64,000 nucleotides of DNA, taken from the NCBI GenBank assembly GCA_051439605.1, contig JBFRWN010000015.1, positions 1 to 64,000 of the forward strand, in the 5' to 3' direction. This DNA is from Synechococcus sp. (GTDB lineage Bacteria > Cyanobacteriota > Cyanobacteriia > Thermostichales > PCC-7336). Positions within the stretch are counted from its first letter, which is position 1; the number at the start of each line of letters is the position of its first letter. The position numbers and the translations under genes are program-made. Positions 11,040 to 22,646 of the stretch are shown one piece after another. The notes below the pieces were generated by a model. That model worked only from the letters and a program-made list of their open reading frames with translations. It was not told the DNA's origin and did not search any database.

Positions 11040-14000
11040 TTATTCCTCGCTGTCTCCAGCTGCAGTCAACGCTGCCTCTTCGAGCGGCTGCAGCTCTTCA
11101 GAAGCAGGCTCAGTCTCAGCTGCGGCAACAGCCACTTCTGGAACCACTGGGGCAACTGCAGCGGATTGGGCCACTGGCTGACCATCTGCAGGGGCAGCCT
11201 GAAGATCTTCCGTGGTCACAGACTCGTAGGTGGGTCGTGAAGGGGTACGACGGTGGCTGGAATCAGCCATCAAGTCCACCTCGGTATGCTCGGTGGAACC
11301 ATCCAAATTCGTATCTACTTTATGCACGGAAACATCCAATCCAAGAGACTGCAGCTCGCGCATCAGTACCTTGAAGGATTCAGGGGTCCCTGGGCGCGGG
11401 ATGGGCTGACCTTTAACGATCGCATTGAGAGCCTCGTTGCGGCCAATCATGTCATCCGATTTAACTGTCAGCAATTCCTGCAACGTGTAGGCGGCCCCGA
11501 AGGCTTCCAAGGCCCATACTTCCATTTCTCCAAAACGCTGTCCCCCCTGCTGGGCTTTTCCCCCCAAAGGCTGTTGGGTAACCAAAGAGTATGGCCCCGT
11601 GGAACGAGCGTGGATTTTCTCATCCACCAAGTGGACAAGTTTCAAAATGTAGGCGCGACCCACTGTCACAGGTTGATCGAACAACTCTCCAGTTCGGCCG
11701 TCGTACACTTGCATCTTGCCGGCATAGGCCCCTTCATCGGTATAGATCCAATCTTTACCGGTTTTCTCACGTGCCTCAGTCAACTTGGCCCGCACCGTTT
11801 CTCGAGAGGCCTCCTCTCCATGCATTTCATCAAAGGGCATCAGCTTGAAACGCACCCCGAGGTTGCCCGCAGCCCATCCCAACAGGCACTCGAATACTTG
11901 GCCAACGTTCATTCGGGAGGGCACCCCTAAAGGATTGAGCACGATGTCAATCGGTGTGCCATCTGGCAGATAAGGCATATCTTCGCAGGGTAAGATACGA
12001 GAAATAATGCCTTTGTTACCGTGGCGTCCAGCAATCTTGTCCCCCACCTGAATCTTGCGCTTCAGGGAGATGTAAATCCGCACCACCATGTTGGCACCAG
12101 GAGGAAGTTCATCCCCTTGCTCGCGGGTAAAGACCCGGACATCAACAACGCGTCCCTTCTCACCATTCGGAACTCTGAGGGAGTTATCGCGAACATCACG
12201 AGCTTTTTCACCAAAGATGGCCCGCAGAAGCTTTTCTTCGGGAGGCTGATCGGATTCCCCTTTAGGAGTGACTTTACCCACTAGAATGTCACCCGATTGA
12301 ACCCAGGCACCCACGCGAACAATTCCTTGCTCGTCTAGGTTGCGCAAAGCGTCTTCACCAACATTAGGGATTTCCCGGGTGATTTCTTCTGGCCCTAACT
12401 TAGTTTGTCGTGCTTCGATTTCGAACTTTTCGATGTGGACCGAAGTAAAGACATCGTCATACACAAGACGCTCGCTAATGAGGATAGCGTCCTCGTAGTT
12501 GTATCCCTCCCAAGGCATGTAGGCGACTAACACGTTTTGACCTAACGCCAATTCGCCACCTTCGGTCGCGGACCCATCAGCCAAAACTTGGCCAGACACA
12601 ACGCGATCTCCGACCTCCACTAGGGGTCGCTGATTCAGGCAAGTATCCTGATTTGAACGCTGATACTTTTGGAGCTGATAAAGCATCGCGCCATTCCCAG
12701 AGTCTGGTTGGACCACAACTTCCTCTGAAGTGACATGGGTTACCACGCCGTTGGCGCGACAAACAACTACCATGCCAGAGTCACGCGCAGCTTGGGGCTC
12801 AATTCCAGTACCCACCAATGGACGTTCTGGCTTGAGTAGAGGCACAGCTTGTCGCTGCATGTTTGCCCCCATCAACGCACGGTTAGCATCGTCGTGCTCC
12901 AAGAAAGGGATCAAGGAGGTACCCACAGAAATTACTTGTACGGGTGAAACCTGAACATAGTGCACTTCGTCAGGATGAGCAGTACCAAATTCCTGGCGGT
13001 ATCGAACTGGAACCAATTCACCTTTGATAGCGTTGTTCTCATCCAGAGGAATATCTCCCGGTGCAACCCTGTACTCGTCTTCCTCATCAGCCGTTAGATA
13101 GACGGAGGCGCGATCTTTGAGAACCACGCCATCTTTCACCAACCAGTAGGGACTTTCGATGAAACCGTAAGAGTTAATGCGGGCGTGGGTAGCCAAAGAG
13201 CCAATCAAGCCAGCGTTGGGCCCTTCAGGAGTCTCAATGGGGCAGATACGACCGTAGTGGCTGGGGTGAATATCCCGAACTGCAAAACCAGCTCGCTCGC
13301 GGCTCAAGCCTCCAGGGCCAAGTGCAGACAAACGACGCTTATGAGTGAGCTCGGCCAAAGGGTTGGTTTGATCCATAAACTGCGACAGTTGACTGGATCC
13401 AAAGAACTCTTTGATGGCAGCTACCAACGGCTTCGGGTTCACTAGGGAAGCAGGAGTCAGGCTATCCGCTTCAGAAACCGTCATCCGTTCGCGAATAATC
13501 CGCTCAAGACGGTTTAATCCCACCCGCACCTGATTCTGCAAAAGTTCGCCAACAGAGCGTATGCGGCGATTACCCAAGTGGTCGATATCGTCGGTTTGAC
13601 CAATATCGAACTCAAGATTAATCAGATAGTCAATCGCAGTCAGAATATCAGTGGTGGTCAGAACGCGGATATTCTCAGCGATATTGAGATTCAGCTTGCG
13701 ATTGAGCTTGTAACGACCTACTCGACCCAGATCGTAGCGTTTGGGATCGAAAAATCGGGACTCTAGAAGTTGTTGTCCCCCGGCAACAGTGGGAGGCTCG
13801 CCAGGACGTAGCTTACGATACAGCTCCATCAAAGCTTCTTCTTCGCTGAAGTTCCCTTCTTTTTCCACGGTTTTTTGAATGTACTCGGGGTGGCGCAAAC
13901 CATCGTTGATCTCCGCATCGCTTAACCCCAAGGCCTTGAGCAAAACCGCAGCAGACAACTTACGAGTTTTATCAATCCGCACCCAAACGAGATCGTTTTT

Positions 14001-14516
14001 GTCCGTTTCGAATTTTAGCCAAGCCCCGCGGTTGGGAATCAGGCTGGCGTTGTAGGTGCGGCGACCGTTTTTGTCGATTTCTTCTTTGTAATAAACACCG
14101 GGGCTGCGCACAATTTGGTTGACGATGACACGCTCTGCACCGTTGATGATGAAAGTTCCACGATCCGTCATCAACGGCAGATCGCCAATAAACACATCCA
14201 TGTCTTTAATCTCACCCGTCTCTTTGTTAATCAGGCGGGTGGGGACGCGGATCTGAGCTTGGTAGGTGGCATCGCGACGCTTGGCTTCATCAGCATCGTA
14301 GCGTGGGGGATGAATCTTGTAACCTTTGGAGGGGTCCCCGCCTTTATAGTCGGGGAGAAAATGCAGTTCCAGCTTGCCGGTATAGTCAACAATGGGAGAG
14401 AAGCTTAGTAATTCCTCTTCAAAGCCTTCGCTCAAAAACCACAAAAAACTTTTCCGCTGAACCTCTACCAAGTCGGGCAGAGTGTTTGCGGAAATCGCAG
14501 TTGTCAAACTATTCAT
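11040..14516 (-). CDS. rpoB: RNA polymerase beta subunit
   Basis: [34 protein letters not shown]. Confidence 0.99.
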   Translation of the reverse strand: MNSLTTAISANTLPDLVEVQRKSFLWFLSEGFEEELLSFSPIVDYTGKLELHFLPDYKGGDPSKGYKIHPPRYDADEAKRRDATYQAQIRVPTRLINKETGEIKDMDVFIGDLPLMTDRGTFIINGAERVIVNQIVRSPGVYYKEEIDKNGRRTYNASLIPNRGAWLKFETDKNDLVWVRIDKTRKLSAAVLLKALGLSDAEINDGLRHPEYIQKTVEKEGNFSEEEALMELYRKLRPGEPPTVAGGQQLLESRFFDPKRYDLGRVGRYKLNRKLNLNIAENIRVLTTTDILTAIDYLINLEFDIGQTDDIDHLGNRRIRSVGELLQNQVRVGLNRLERIIRERMTVSEADSLTPASLVNPKPLVAAIKEFFGSSQLSQFMDQTNPLAELTHKRRLSALGPGGLSRERAGFAVRDIHPSHYGRICPIETPEGPNAGLIGSLATHARINSYGFIESPYWLVKDGVVLKDRASVYLTADEEDEYRVAPGDIPLDENNAIKGELVPVRYRQEFGTAHPDEVHYVQVSPVQVISVGTSLIPFLEHDDANRALMGANMQRQAVPLLKPERPLVGTGIEPQAARDSGMVVVCRANGVVTHVTSEEVVVQPDSGNGAMLYQLQKYQRSNQDTCLNQRPLVEVGDRVVSGQVLADGSATEGGELALGQNVLVAYMPWEGYNYEDAILISERLVYDDVFTSVHIEKFEIEARQTKLGPEEITREIPNVGEDALRNLDEQGIVRVGAWVQSGDILVGKVTPKGESDQPPEEKLLRAIFGEKARDVRDNSLRVPNGEKGRVVDVRVFTREQGDELPPGANMVVRIYISLKRKIQVGDKIAGRHGNKGIISRILPCEDMPYLPDGTPIDIVLNPLGVPSRMNVGQVFECLLGWAAGNLGVRFKLMPFDEMHGEEASRETVRAKLTEAREKTGKDWIYTDEGAYAGKMQVYDGRTGELFDQPVTVGRAYILKLVHLVDEKIHARSTGPYSLVTQQPLGGKAQQGGQRFGEMEVWALEAFGAAYTLQELLTVKSDDMIGRNEALNAIVKGQPIPRPGTPESFKVLMRELQSLGLDVSVHKVDTNLDGSTEHTEVDLMADSSHRRTPSRPTYESVTTEDLQAAPADGQPVAQSAAVAPVVPEVAVAAAETEPASEELQPLEEAALTAAGDSEE

Positions 14517-14610
14517 GCGTTTCTCAGATGGGTCGCGCTGACATCAGACCTCCAATTATAAAAATTGGTGGCACCTAAGTCAATCTTTCGTAAAAAACTC
14601 GCCGCTTGAT

Positions 14611-15480
14611 TTAAGCAGCTTCGACAATGGTCGGATTTTGTTGGGTGGAGGATACGTCCGGATGCGGCAAGCAAAATAAGTAGCGTGCATTGGTTGCAGT
14701 CTGGGATGCAATTTCCTCGAACGATAGTCCGCGGATTGCTGCTAGATGTTCAGCAACGCTGGCTACAAATGCAGGTTCGTTACGTTTGCCCCGATGGGGC
14801 ACTGGAGCAAGAAATGGACAATCTGTCTCCACAAGCAGGAGTTCTGGGGGAACCACTTCAGCGGATGCGCGAATCGTAGCAGCATTTTTGAAAGTAAGCA
14901 CACCACTAAAGCTGATATGCATACCCATCCGCACAAACCAACATGTTTCCTCGGGAGTTCCCCCCCAGCAGTGCATTACTCCCCTCACTGGCCCCATGTC
15001 CTGTAGTAAATCTCGAGCCGCTGCCGCCGCATCCCGGCAGTGGACAATTACGGGTAAATCCCGTTCTCGAGCAATCTCGATATGGGTTCGGAAAGCTAGT
15101 AGCTGTTCTTCAACATTGTCAGCCTTGAAAAAATCCAGCCCAGTCTCTCCAATCGCCACAACTCTGGAATCTGCATCGACACATCGACGGATCTCATCGG
15201 CGGTGGAAGCCGTCCAACGGTCCACATCTAAAGGATGCATTCCGACGCTCAGAAACACTTCTGGGAAGCGATCCGCAATTGCCTGTAACTGTTCAAACTC
15301 AGCCGGGCTACAGCAGGAATGTACCAATTGTCGAATCCCTGCTGCTCGCCAACGTTCGGCCACCTTATCTAGATCTGAATCGAATCGGTTGAAATTAAGG
15401 TGGACGTGACTGTCAATCAGATCGACAGTCTTTGCTTCCCCATTTATTACAGGGGGTGAGGGATCGGTCACAGTTGGCAA
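14611..15480 (-). CDS. tatD: TatD-family hydrolase
   Basis: [23 protein letters not shown]. Sits in the conserved rpsT-tatD-rpoB order. Confidence 0.95.
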   Translation of the reverse strand: MPTVTDPSPPVINGEAKTVDLIDSHVHLNFNRFDSDLDKVAERWRAAGIRQLVHSCCSPAEFEQLQAIADRFPEVFLSVGMHPLDVDRWTASTADEIRRCVDADSRVVAIGETGLDFFKADNVEEQLLAFRTHIEIARERDLPVIVHCRDAAAAARDLLQDMGPVRGVMHCWGGTPEETCWFVRMGMHISFSGVLTFKNAATIRASAEVVPPELLLVETDCPFLAPVPHRGKRNEPAFVASVAEHLAAIRGLSFEEIASQTATNARYLFCLPHPDVSSTQQNPTIVEAA

Positions 15481-15489
15481 TGTAAAACT

Positions 15490-15795
15490 CTAGCTAGCAG
15501 GTGCAGTCTGGTTGGTAGCGGCCTTATAGACACGAGATAGGCGCGCCTTACGTCTAGCCGCAGTATTGCGGTGTAAGACACCTTTGCATGCAGCCTTATC
15601 AATCTTGCTAATGGCGCTGTTCATGATAGCATCCAGCTCCTCTACAGACACCTCAGGATCGCCAGCGGCCACTTTCTCAGCCGCAGCAAAGGCTTTCTTC
15701 ATCAGGGTGCCGATCGCAGACTTATAAGACTTGTTATACAAGCGATTACGCTCTGCCACCTGAACTCGCTTGATGGCTGACTTAATTTGAGGCAT
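15490..15795 (-). CDS. rpsT: 30S ribosomal protein S20
   Basis: IKSAIKRVQVAERNRLYNKSYKS ... GVLHRNTAARRKARL. Confidence 0.98.
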   Translation of the reverse strand: MPQIKSAIKRVQVAERNRLYNKSYKSAIGTLMKKAFAAAEKVAAGDPEVSVEELDAIMNSAISKIDKAACKGVLHRNTAARRKARLSRVYKAATNQTAPAS

Positions 15796-16122
15796 GAAGT
15801 TTCAATTAGGACAACAGCCCCTAATTGTAGCATTCTCATTCTCGCATCGATAGATAGATTCCAGATTGCGCACAATGAAAAAGGCGTACTTCCAGACGAA
15901 ACGACTGAATCGAAGGACTATGCCAGTAAAACTAGTAACCATTATCGTTGAGCCGCTGGGCCAACTAGGAATGATTGTCTAGCCCAGCGCGTCAAGCAAT
16001 AGTAAAGCGTTGAAGAATTCGAACAAGTCTTGGAGAGAGCTGGGAAAGATCTCGGAGCGTTAGCTGCAATTCCCTATTGAGATGGTGGAACGCCACCAGG
16101 CGATCGCTTGCTTGAAATATGG

Positions 16123-16602
16123 CTATTCCGTTCGGTTCGGGATTGTTCCCCGTCCAGACGGGCCAGCACCTTGAAACCCGCGGTCAAAGGAGTGGCGTCC
16201 TCTTCGTCGCGTGCGCAATTCTTCCAACTGCACTTGCTGCTCGGGGGTGAGAATCGACAGAAACTCCTGTCGGCCCTCTTGTCGGATTGCCCTCATTTCC
16301 TGCTTCTGGGCGTCCGTCAAGTTGAGCTGACAAGACAACTCGCGGGCAGTTTCTCGCGCTGCTTTTGCTTCATGAGAAATTCCCTGTTGTTCAGAGGTCA
16401 GCACCGCTTGCATGCGGTTGAAGCGATTCTCTTTGAATTCATCTAACTGGGCTTGCTGTTCGGGGGTGATATTCAGCTGGGATGGCAATTCAATATCACA
16501 GAACCTAAAAGGCTCAGCGTCTGCGGACAGTGCAAGCCCCGCGACACAGATTGCGGCAATACCGGAGGAAAGGGCAGACAATTTCACGATGGTTTCAACC
16601 AA
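16123..16602 (-). CDS. Spy/CpxP-family periplasmic chaperone
   Basis: Signal peptide plus repeated LTxxQ motifs (ITPEQQ, LTSEQQ, LTDAQK, LTPEQQ). Confidence 0.85.
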   Translation of the reverse strand: MVETIVKLSALSSGIAAICVAGLALSADAEPFRFCDIELPSQLNITPEQQAQLDEFKENRFNRMQAVLTSEQQGISHEAKAARETARELSCQLNLTDAQKQEMRAIRQEGRQEFLSILTPEQQVQLEELRTRRRGRHSFDRGFQGAGPSGRGTIPNRTE

Positions 16603-16698
16603 TGACTTCCCCTATTCAGACCGACTGGTCAAGAAAAAGGTTCAATCGCCAAAACCGGCGATCGCCAAAGAGTGATATGCGTCAAATTGGCTAATTGT

Positions 16699-17130
16699 TT
16701 AAGCGTCGGCGGCCTCGCGATCCAAAAATTCTTGCACCGCATCTACCAGTTCCTCAATTGAGGCCGTCAGCACCTTTGCCGAGTCCCTTAACATTAGATT
16801 TGGGAAAATTGTTCGGTCGGGATACTGGATGGCAATTTCCGAGCGAATGCCAAAAATGGGTTTACCCATCGCATAGGCATATCCCACCTCGAAGGCAGTA
16901 CCGGAATCGGAATCAACCCCCGATAGATTGGCCACTACGTATCGACTGTTCTTCACTGCCTCTATACAGGTAGAAAAGATATTCTCCTCATCCTGAGGAC
17001 AATCCCTCTGCGGTAAGAAGGTTGTGCCAAGCTCGGCGATCGCCGCTTCAATCTGCTGCTGGTACACCTGTTCGTAAATGTTGAATAGTGGACCAGCGAT
17101 ATAAAAATCTATGGATTGCGATGAATTCAC
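16699..17130 (-). CDS. Nucleoside 2-deoxyribosyltransferase family protein
   Basis: YIAGPLF and DSGTAFEVGYAYAMGKP. Confidence 0.88.
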   Translation of the reverse strand: MNSSQSIDFYIAGPLFNIYEQVYQQQIEAAIAELGTTFLPQRDCPQDEENIFSTCIEAVKNSRYVVANLSGVDSDSGTAFEVGYAYAMGKPIFGIRSEIAIQYPDRTIFPNLMLRDSAKVLTASIEELVDAVQEFLDREAADA

Positions 17131-17175
17131 CTTAGACCTCCTCTACACTCAAAAACATCCAGCGGAGCGCTTACG

Positions 17176-18066
17176 ATGTATGAAATCAATTCTGCTACGG
17201 AACGGTACGAGACTTTTTATTTACTCGACAGAACTACAGATTCTTGCGTGACGGTTGTACCCGAGCGGGGGGGGATTGTCACTGGCATACGTATTGGCGA
17301 TCGCGAACTGCTGTATTTAGATCGCGATCGGTTTGCCAATCCACAGCTAAGCGTCAGGGGGGGGATTCCCATCCTGTTTCCAATTTGTGGCAACTTGCCC
17401 GACAACCTGTACGTCTGGGAGGGAAAAACCTACAGTCTTCCACAGCACGGATTTGGCCGTACGCTTCCCTGGAACGTGATCTCTACAAGCCAACCCCACC
17501 AGAGGGATGGCGCTAGTCTTACCCTCACCCTTACCCACAGCAGAGAAACCCTTGCGGTGTACCCATTTGAATTTGCAGTTGAGTTTACCTATCGGTGGGC
17601 TAACTTAACGCTGTCAGTCGATCAGAAATTCAAAAACTATTCCGATCGGATCATGCCATTCTCAGTTGGATTTCATCCTTATTTTTCAGTGATGAACAAG
17701 GAACTCCTGAAATTCAATCTCCCTGCTCAAAATTACTACGATCGCGCCAACGATATCAGCAGTCAATTTCTAGGAAAATGGGATGCCAGGCTAGATGAAA
17801 TTGATGCGGCATTTGAGCCTATCGAAAATGGTACTTCTCTAGAGGCAGTAGCTAGCGATGGAGATTACCAGGTCACTATCTCTGCTAGCCCCACCTTTCG
17901 CTATCTCGTCTATTGGTCTCTTAAAGAAAAGCCTTTCTACTGCCTGGAACCCTGGAGTGCTCCCCGAAATTCGATGAATACCGGGACTGACCTGATTCGC
18001 TTGGAACCTGGAGTTAGATTACAAACCGAACTGTCATTCGAGTTTCAGATAAAACCTTCTCTGTAG
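17176..18066 (+). CDS. Aldose 1-epimerase family protein
   Basis: RGGIPILFP, QHGFGR, GFHPYF, YCLEPW. Confidence 0.92.
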   Translation: MYEINSATERYETFYLLDRTTDSCVTVVPERGGIVTGIRIGDRELLYLDRDRFANPQLSVRGGIPILFPICGNLPDNLYVWEGKTYSLPQHGFGRTLPWNVISTSQPHQRDGASLTLTLTHSRETLAVYPFEFAVEFTYRWANLTLSVDQKFKNYSDRIMPFSVGFHPYFSVMNKELLKFNLPAQNYYDRANDISSQFLGKWDARLDEIDAAFEPIENGTSLEAVASDGDYQVTISASPTFRYLVYWSLKEKPFYCLEPWSAPRNSMNTGTDLIRLEPGVRLQTELSFEFQIKPSL

Positions 18067-18089
18067 GTATTTTCTCCGAAAAGATATCA

Positions 18090-18452
18090 TTAAATCTGGT
18101 CATTGCCTGAACCCACCTCTTCAAAACTGATGTCCGGACCTTTTGGAACAATGCGGTTGGGATTCAGCTCGGGCAAACCAGCATAGTAAAGCTGTTTCAC
18201 ACGATCGATACTCGACACCTCTTTCACGTTCGAATAGTTGTACAGATGCTTTAAATAGCGCCAGAGATTAGGGAAATCCACAATTCGCTTGAGATTGCAC
18301 TTGAACAATCCGTGGTAAGCCAAATCGAACCGAAATAGTGTCGTATACATGCACCAGTCCACCAGTGTCAGGCGATCGCCACGCACATAGTCCTGTTTCC
18401 CCAGGACCCAGTCCCAATGCTCTAAATGTTCGAATAATGCCGTTACCGCTGG
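18090..18452 (-). pseudogene. 5'-truncated glutathionyl-hydroquinone reductase (GST omega/xi-like), C-terminal part only
   Basis: In-frame AVTALFEHLEHWDWVLGKQDYVRGDRLT...LFRFDLAYHGLFKCN...NPNRIVPKGP. An in-frame TAG sits at 18453-18455 and no N-terminal thioredoxin domain is visible upstream. Confidence 0.75.
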
Positions 18453-18643
18453 CTATTGTACAGAACTACTATCCATGCCCAAATAGTCCAAATAGAAACT
18501 ATCTTCATGATGGAACAACCAGTCTATTGTTCCAATGCAAACTATTTTGGAAATCAGAAAAAATTCTCAATCGAGTTTGACCGTTTTTTTACAAGTGGCA
18601 GGCTCGAGACAGGGCGATCTCCCCACTCCTGTCAAACTTCGAT

Positions 18644-19135
18644 CTAAGATTCGAAAACGGTTTTGAGCGTGGTTAAGGCGCTGGAGATTTTCTGGAGTTC
18701 TTCGTCAGAGAGGTGTTGAAAGCGCTGCCCAAGATAGTGAATGTGCTCGGGAAAGCAGCATTCGAATAGCTCTGTACCCGCCGCTGTCAGCTTGACCGTG
18801 AAGCTGCGGCGATTTTGGGGAGGGACCTCCCGCTTGACCAGTCCTTTTTCTTCCAGGCGATCGACAATTCCTGTCAGCGTTCCTTTGGTGACGAGAGTTT
18901 GCTTGGCCAGCTCCTGCATACTCATGCCTTCGGTGTCCCCTAATTTGGAGATCGCGCCAAATTGGGCAGGGGTTAGACCCATGCTGCGCACGTGGCTGTC
19001 GGAATAACGGGTGAAGGCCTGGTAGGTGCGCGCAAGCTCGCGCAACACAGGCAAAAAACTTGCTTGTGCTGCGATTTTTGGCGATCGCTCTATCGGCTTG
19101 GCTCTCACTCTAATCACATCAACCTTTCGCAACAA
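18644..19135 (-). CDS. MarR-family transcriptional regulator
   Basis: GLTPAQF, TKGTLTGIVDRLEEKGLV, NRRSFTVKLT. True start probably a little downstream. Confidence 0.92.
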   Translation of the reverse strand: MLRKVDVIRVRAKPIERSPKIAAQASFLPVLRELARTYQAFTRYSDSHVRSMGLTPAQFGAISKLGDTEGMSMQELAKQTLVTKGTLTGIVDRLEEKGLVKREVPPQNRRSFTVKLTAAGTELFECCFPEHIHYLGQRFQHLSDEELQKISSALTTLKTVFES

Positions 19136-19170
19136 AATGACCCTACCGCATTGAGCTAACGGAGGGTCAT
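19134..19170 (-). terminator. Stem-loop downstream of cysQ
   Basis: ATGACCCT..CCG / CGG.AGGGTCAT stem followed by a T run on the minus strand. Confidence 0.5.
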
Positions 19171-19260
19171 GGGGAAATGCGCAAAAGTATCGCGCACAGG
19201 CTCAGTTTTTGATGGTTGTTTTAACGCAACCAGCAGAGCGACGAGCCTAAGGCAACGGAC

Positions 19261-20082
19261 TTAGACGACATAAGCTTTCCAGTCGAGACCGGATGCATCG
19301 CTGACCATAAAGTAGGGGTTAAGCAGGTTTTCCTTGTTGTATTGCAGCGGCTCACCCTCCATGTTGCAAACGGTTCCTCCCGCCTGCAAAACCACTGCGT
19401 GGGCGGCAGCGGTATCCCACTCCATCGTCGGGCCAAAGCGAGGGTAAAGTTGAGCTTCACCGGTCGCCACCAGGCACAACTTGAGGGAACTACCGGCAGA
19501 AACCTTATTCAGGGCACCGGTAGCGGCTTCCAGCCTTTCTAAAAATGCAACTGTCTCGGGACCGGCATGGGAGCGGCTAGCAACGACAGTGATAGCATCC
19601 AGGCTTTCGTGGGTTTTGCTGACCTGCATGGGCTTGGCTTCAGCATCACCATTTTGAACGAAGGCACCCTTGCCTTCGGCCCCCCAGTAGGTGGTGGTGC
19701 GAGCGGGGGCGTGCACCACTCCAAGAATAGGTTTGCCTGCTTCGATCAATGCGATGTTGACGGTGAACTCGCCGTTGCGCTTGATAAATTCTTTGGTGCC
19801 GTCAATGGGGTCCACCAGCCAGAACTGGGTCCAGCCAGAACGCTCGTCATAAGCAGTCTTTTTCGATTCCTCAGACAAAATCGGAATCTCGGGGGCGAGA
19901 GCTTGCAGCCCCTTGGTGATGACGTCGTTGGAGAGCAAATCAGCTTTGGTCAGCGGAGATTCATCGTCCTTGTAGGTGGTCCCGAAATCTTCTTCGTTGT
20001 TATATATTTCCATGATGGCATCACCCGCATTCTTTGCAATTTCGATAACGCTGGGCAATAGCGCGTTCAAATCGGAGGTCAT
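19261..20082 (-). CDS. cysQ: 3'(2'),5'-bisphosphate nucleotidase
   Basis: ILSEE, WLVDPIDGTKEF, VASRSH, PTMEWDTAAAH. Start placed at ATG 20082. Confidence 0.93.
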   Translation of the reverse strand: MTSDLNALLPSVIEIAKNAGDAIMEIYNNEEDFGTTYKDDESPLTKADLLSNDVITKGLQALAPEIPILSEESKKTAYDERSGWTQFWLVDPIDGTKEFIKRNGEFTVNIALIEAGKPILGVVHAPARTTTYWGAEGKGAFVQNGDAEAKPMQVSKTHESLDAITVVASRSHAGPETVAFLERLEAATGALNKVSAGSSLKLCLVATGEAQLYPRFGPTMEWDTAAAHAVVLQAGGTVCNMEGEPLQYNKENLLNPYFMVSDASGLDWKAYVV

Positions 20083-20247
20083 AGTGGCTCTTCCGGTGAA
20101 GTGAGTCAACAGCTTGCTAGAGTACCCAATCGGGTACGAACGGATGATAAACCAGTGCGATTGCAAAGACTGCCTTGAAAATAACGGATGTCGGTGTGAC
20201 AAACCGCTATGATTGCATCTCGTATTGTGGTGTGAAGGTGTAAGGCT

Positions 20248-21399
20248 ATGGGGGCATCTCTGTTATTAGGGCTTTTGACGGCGGTTGGGGGCTTGTGGGC
20301 CCTTTTTGAGTTGCTGTATCGCACGCGGGAGGGGGATGCGATCGCCATCGACCCCCAAGGATGGACCTGCGATCGCACGGACCCAGATTGTTACCGGCTC
20401 AAGGGGAAAATGGTGGCCACCAACCACAACCCTGTTTACGAATGCACGCTGGCGGATCTCTCCCCCGAAATCAGACTGCTGGGTGGTGAAAGCCTGACGG
20501 GTATCACAACCCAAATTCGGTTGATAAATCCCGAATTTCCCCGACCCGACAACTATTGGAGTGCCACACTTATCAGCCCACAGACGGGCCTGCCCATCGA
20601 GTTTGAAATTGATATTTGCGGAGAAGGCTTATCTCGGTTAGAGGCGGCTTGGCTGAAGCTGAACTTTATTCAGTACGGTCGCCAACAACGGATCGAAAAA
20701 TCCGGTCATGCCATTATTCCGCTGGCGGATCCGGTCCCCAGCACCGAACGAGACTGGCAGCAGCGGGATGGATCGTTGGTGTTACCTATTCGCACCCCTC
20801 TACTTACCAATCAAGACAATCAACCGGATATCGTCGAACGGTACGTGAAACCTTTTAGTCAGCCTGGGGACTATCTGGTGTTGGCGGAAACGGCAACGGC
20901 GATCGTGGAGAATAACTACCGCTATCCCGGGAATGTTCGTCCCGGTTGGCTGGCTCGTCGCCTCTGCTTCTTTTTCCCGTCTAAAACCAGCTTGTGCAGC
21001 GCCTACGGCATGCAAACTCTAATCGATACGTCGAATGCTTGGCAGGTGGCTTTTGCCTTTGTGCTGGGGGCTGTGGCAAAGGTTGTAGGCATCGGTGGAG
21101 TGTTTTATTCCTTGGCCGGTTACCAAGCAGCCCTGATTGACGATGTCACTGGAACAATTTCCCCTTACGACCAATTTATTGTTTTGGGGCCCTCAAATCC
21201 GGCAGCAACGGTGGCCAATGTAAAAGAAAAAACAGGAATGGAAACGGCAATTGTAGATGCTAACGATCTGAAAGAAGTTAAAATACTGGCATCGACCCCT
21301 GGTGTTGACGGCGACACGTTGGTGCGGGCGTTGCGGGAAAATCCGGCAGGCAATGCTGACGAACAGACCCCTGTTTTGCTGGTGCGTCCCTATTCCTAA
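20248..21399 (+). CDS. F420-0:gamma-glutamyl ligase-like protein with N-terminal membrane anchor
   Basis: C-terminal IDDVTGTISPYDQFIVLGP, AIVDANDL, NPAGNADEQTP match the cyanobacterial CofE-like family. Confidence 0.8.
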   Translation: MGASLLLGLLTAVGGLWALFELLYRTREGDAIAIDPQGWTCDRTDPDCYRLKGKMVATNHNPVYECTLADLSPEIRLLGGESLTGITTQIRLINPEFPRPDNYWSATLISPQTGLPIEFEIDICGEGLSRLEAAWLKLNFIQYGRQQRIEKSGHAIIPLADPVPSTERDWQQRDGSLVLPIRTPLLTNQDNQPDIVERYVKPFSQPGDYLVLAETATAIVENNYRYPGNVRPGWLARRLCFFFPSKTSLCSAYGMQTLIDTSNAWQVAFAFVLGAVAKVVGIGGVFYSLAGYQAALIDDVTGTISPYDQFIVLGPSNPAATVANVKEKTGMETAIVDANDLKEVKILASTPGVDGDTLVRALRENPAGNADEQTPVLLVRPYS

Positions 21400-21497
21400 A
21401 GTCGATACCTTATGCCCCTCTGCTGATTTTTCAGATGCGGAGAGATGAGTCAGCTAGATACTCAGCCCATTTTATCCCCTTCTTAAAGGTCGCCATT

Positions 21498-22646
21498 ATG
21501 CCCGACGATGACTTGAAAGAGATTCAAATTCGTCCTGTTCGCTATGGTGACTTGGAGGCGATTGAGGCACTGTTTGAAGAGGCTTTCGCCGATGAATACG
21601 GCAGCCGGTCGGTGGATATATCCGCCCAAATTCGTCGCATCCGCCGTTGGTTCGCTCCCCTCAAAGTCCTCAGCTTTTTCCCCAACCGCTTTCAGCACAC
21701 GTTTACGGTTCACGTAGCCGAGCGGGATGGCGAAATTCTAGGCATGGTTCAAGTTTCCCCTTTTAACCAAAACCGTACTACCTGGCGCATTGACCACGTA
21801 GCGGTATCCAACAAGGCTCAGCGCCAAGGCATCGGCTCGAAATTAATTCGCCATTGTGCCCAGCATTTCCGCGAAGCTCGTACCTGGATGTTGGAAGTCA
21901 ACATCCATAACAAGGGGGCCATGGCACTGTACCGGCGCAATGGGTTTCAACAACTTGCTCAGCTTACCTACTGGTCTATCGACCCTTCCATTCTCGTCGA
22001 ACTGGCCAAAGAAGATATCTCTCCCCTAAACCTGAAGCCGGTGAGCAATGGGGATGCCTATTTGATCTATCAGTTAGATACGGCGTCGATGCCTCCGCAA
22101 GTTCGGCAAATCTACGATCGCGCGGCTAGCGATTTCCAACGCAGCCTTTTCGAGACATCCATCGATACCCTCAAGCAGTCAGTTAGCAATACGGAACGGG
22201 TGAGAGCCTACGTATACGAGCCCGATCGCAAATGTGCCATTGGTTATTTCAATCTCAAGCTGTCTCGCACCGGCAATCAGCCTCATGTGGCTCAGCTGAT
22301 GGTTCATCCAGCTTACACTTGGCTGTACCCCGAGCTTGTCAGCAAGATGGCCAAACTAGCTCAGGAATGTCCCCCTCAATCGCTATATGTCACTTCAGCG
22401 GACTATCAGCCAGAGCGGGAAGAGTTCTTGATGAAGATAGGAGCGACGGATATGGAGCGCACTCTGCTCATGTCCCGTTCCGTATTTCATAAAGTGAGGG
22501 AGTCGCGCTTGAGCTTAGAAAGCTTGCAGCAGCTGAATAGTGTCATTCGCAGTTTGCAGGTGAAACAGCCCTTGCCCGAGCGCATCGATCGCATGATGCA
22601 AGAAATGCAGGATAAAACTCCTCCCGATTCTCAACAGCAGTCTTAA
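21498..22646 (+). CDS. GNAT-family N-acetyltransferase
   Basis: Acetyl-CoA motif QRQGIGSKL, LEVNIHN, ALYRRNGF. Start placed at ATG 21498. Confidence 0.88.
   Translation: MPDDDLKEIQIRPVRYGDLEAIEALFEEAFADEYGSRSVDISAQIRRIRRWFAPLKVLSFFPNRFQHTFTVHVAERDGEILGMVQVSPFNQNRTTWRIDHVAVSNKAQRQGIGSKLIRHCAQHFREARTWMLEVNIHNKGAMALYRRNGFQQLAQLTYWSIDPSILVELAKEDISPLNLKPVSNGDAYLIYQLDTASMPPQVRQIYDRAASDFQRSLFETSIDTLKQSVSNTERVRAYVYEPDRKCAIGYFNLKLSRTGNQPHVAQLMVHPAYTWLYPELVSKMAKLAQECPPQSLYVTSADYQPEREEFLMKIGATDMERTLLMSRSVFHKVRESRLSLESLQQLNSVIRSLQVKQPLPERIDRMMQEMQDKTPPDSQQQS

Noticed and set aside
5096..14578. Many 60-225 aa ORFs overlapping rpoB/rpoC1/rpoC2 on the opposite strand or in other frames
   Set aside because: Shadow ORFs of highly conserved genes with no recognisable motifs.
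14690..15409. 239-aa plus-strand ORF
   Set aside because: Entirely antisense to tatD, with Ser/Ala-rich composition typical of a shadow frame.
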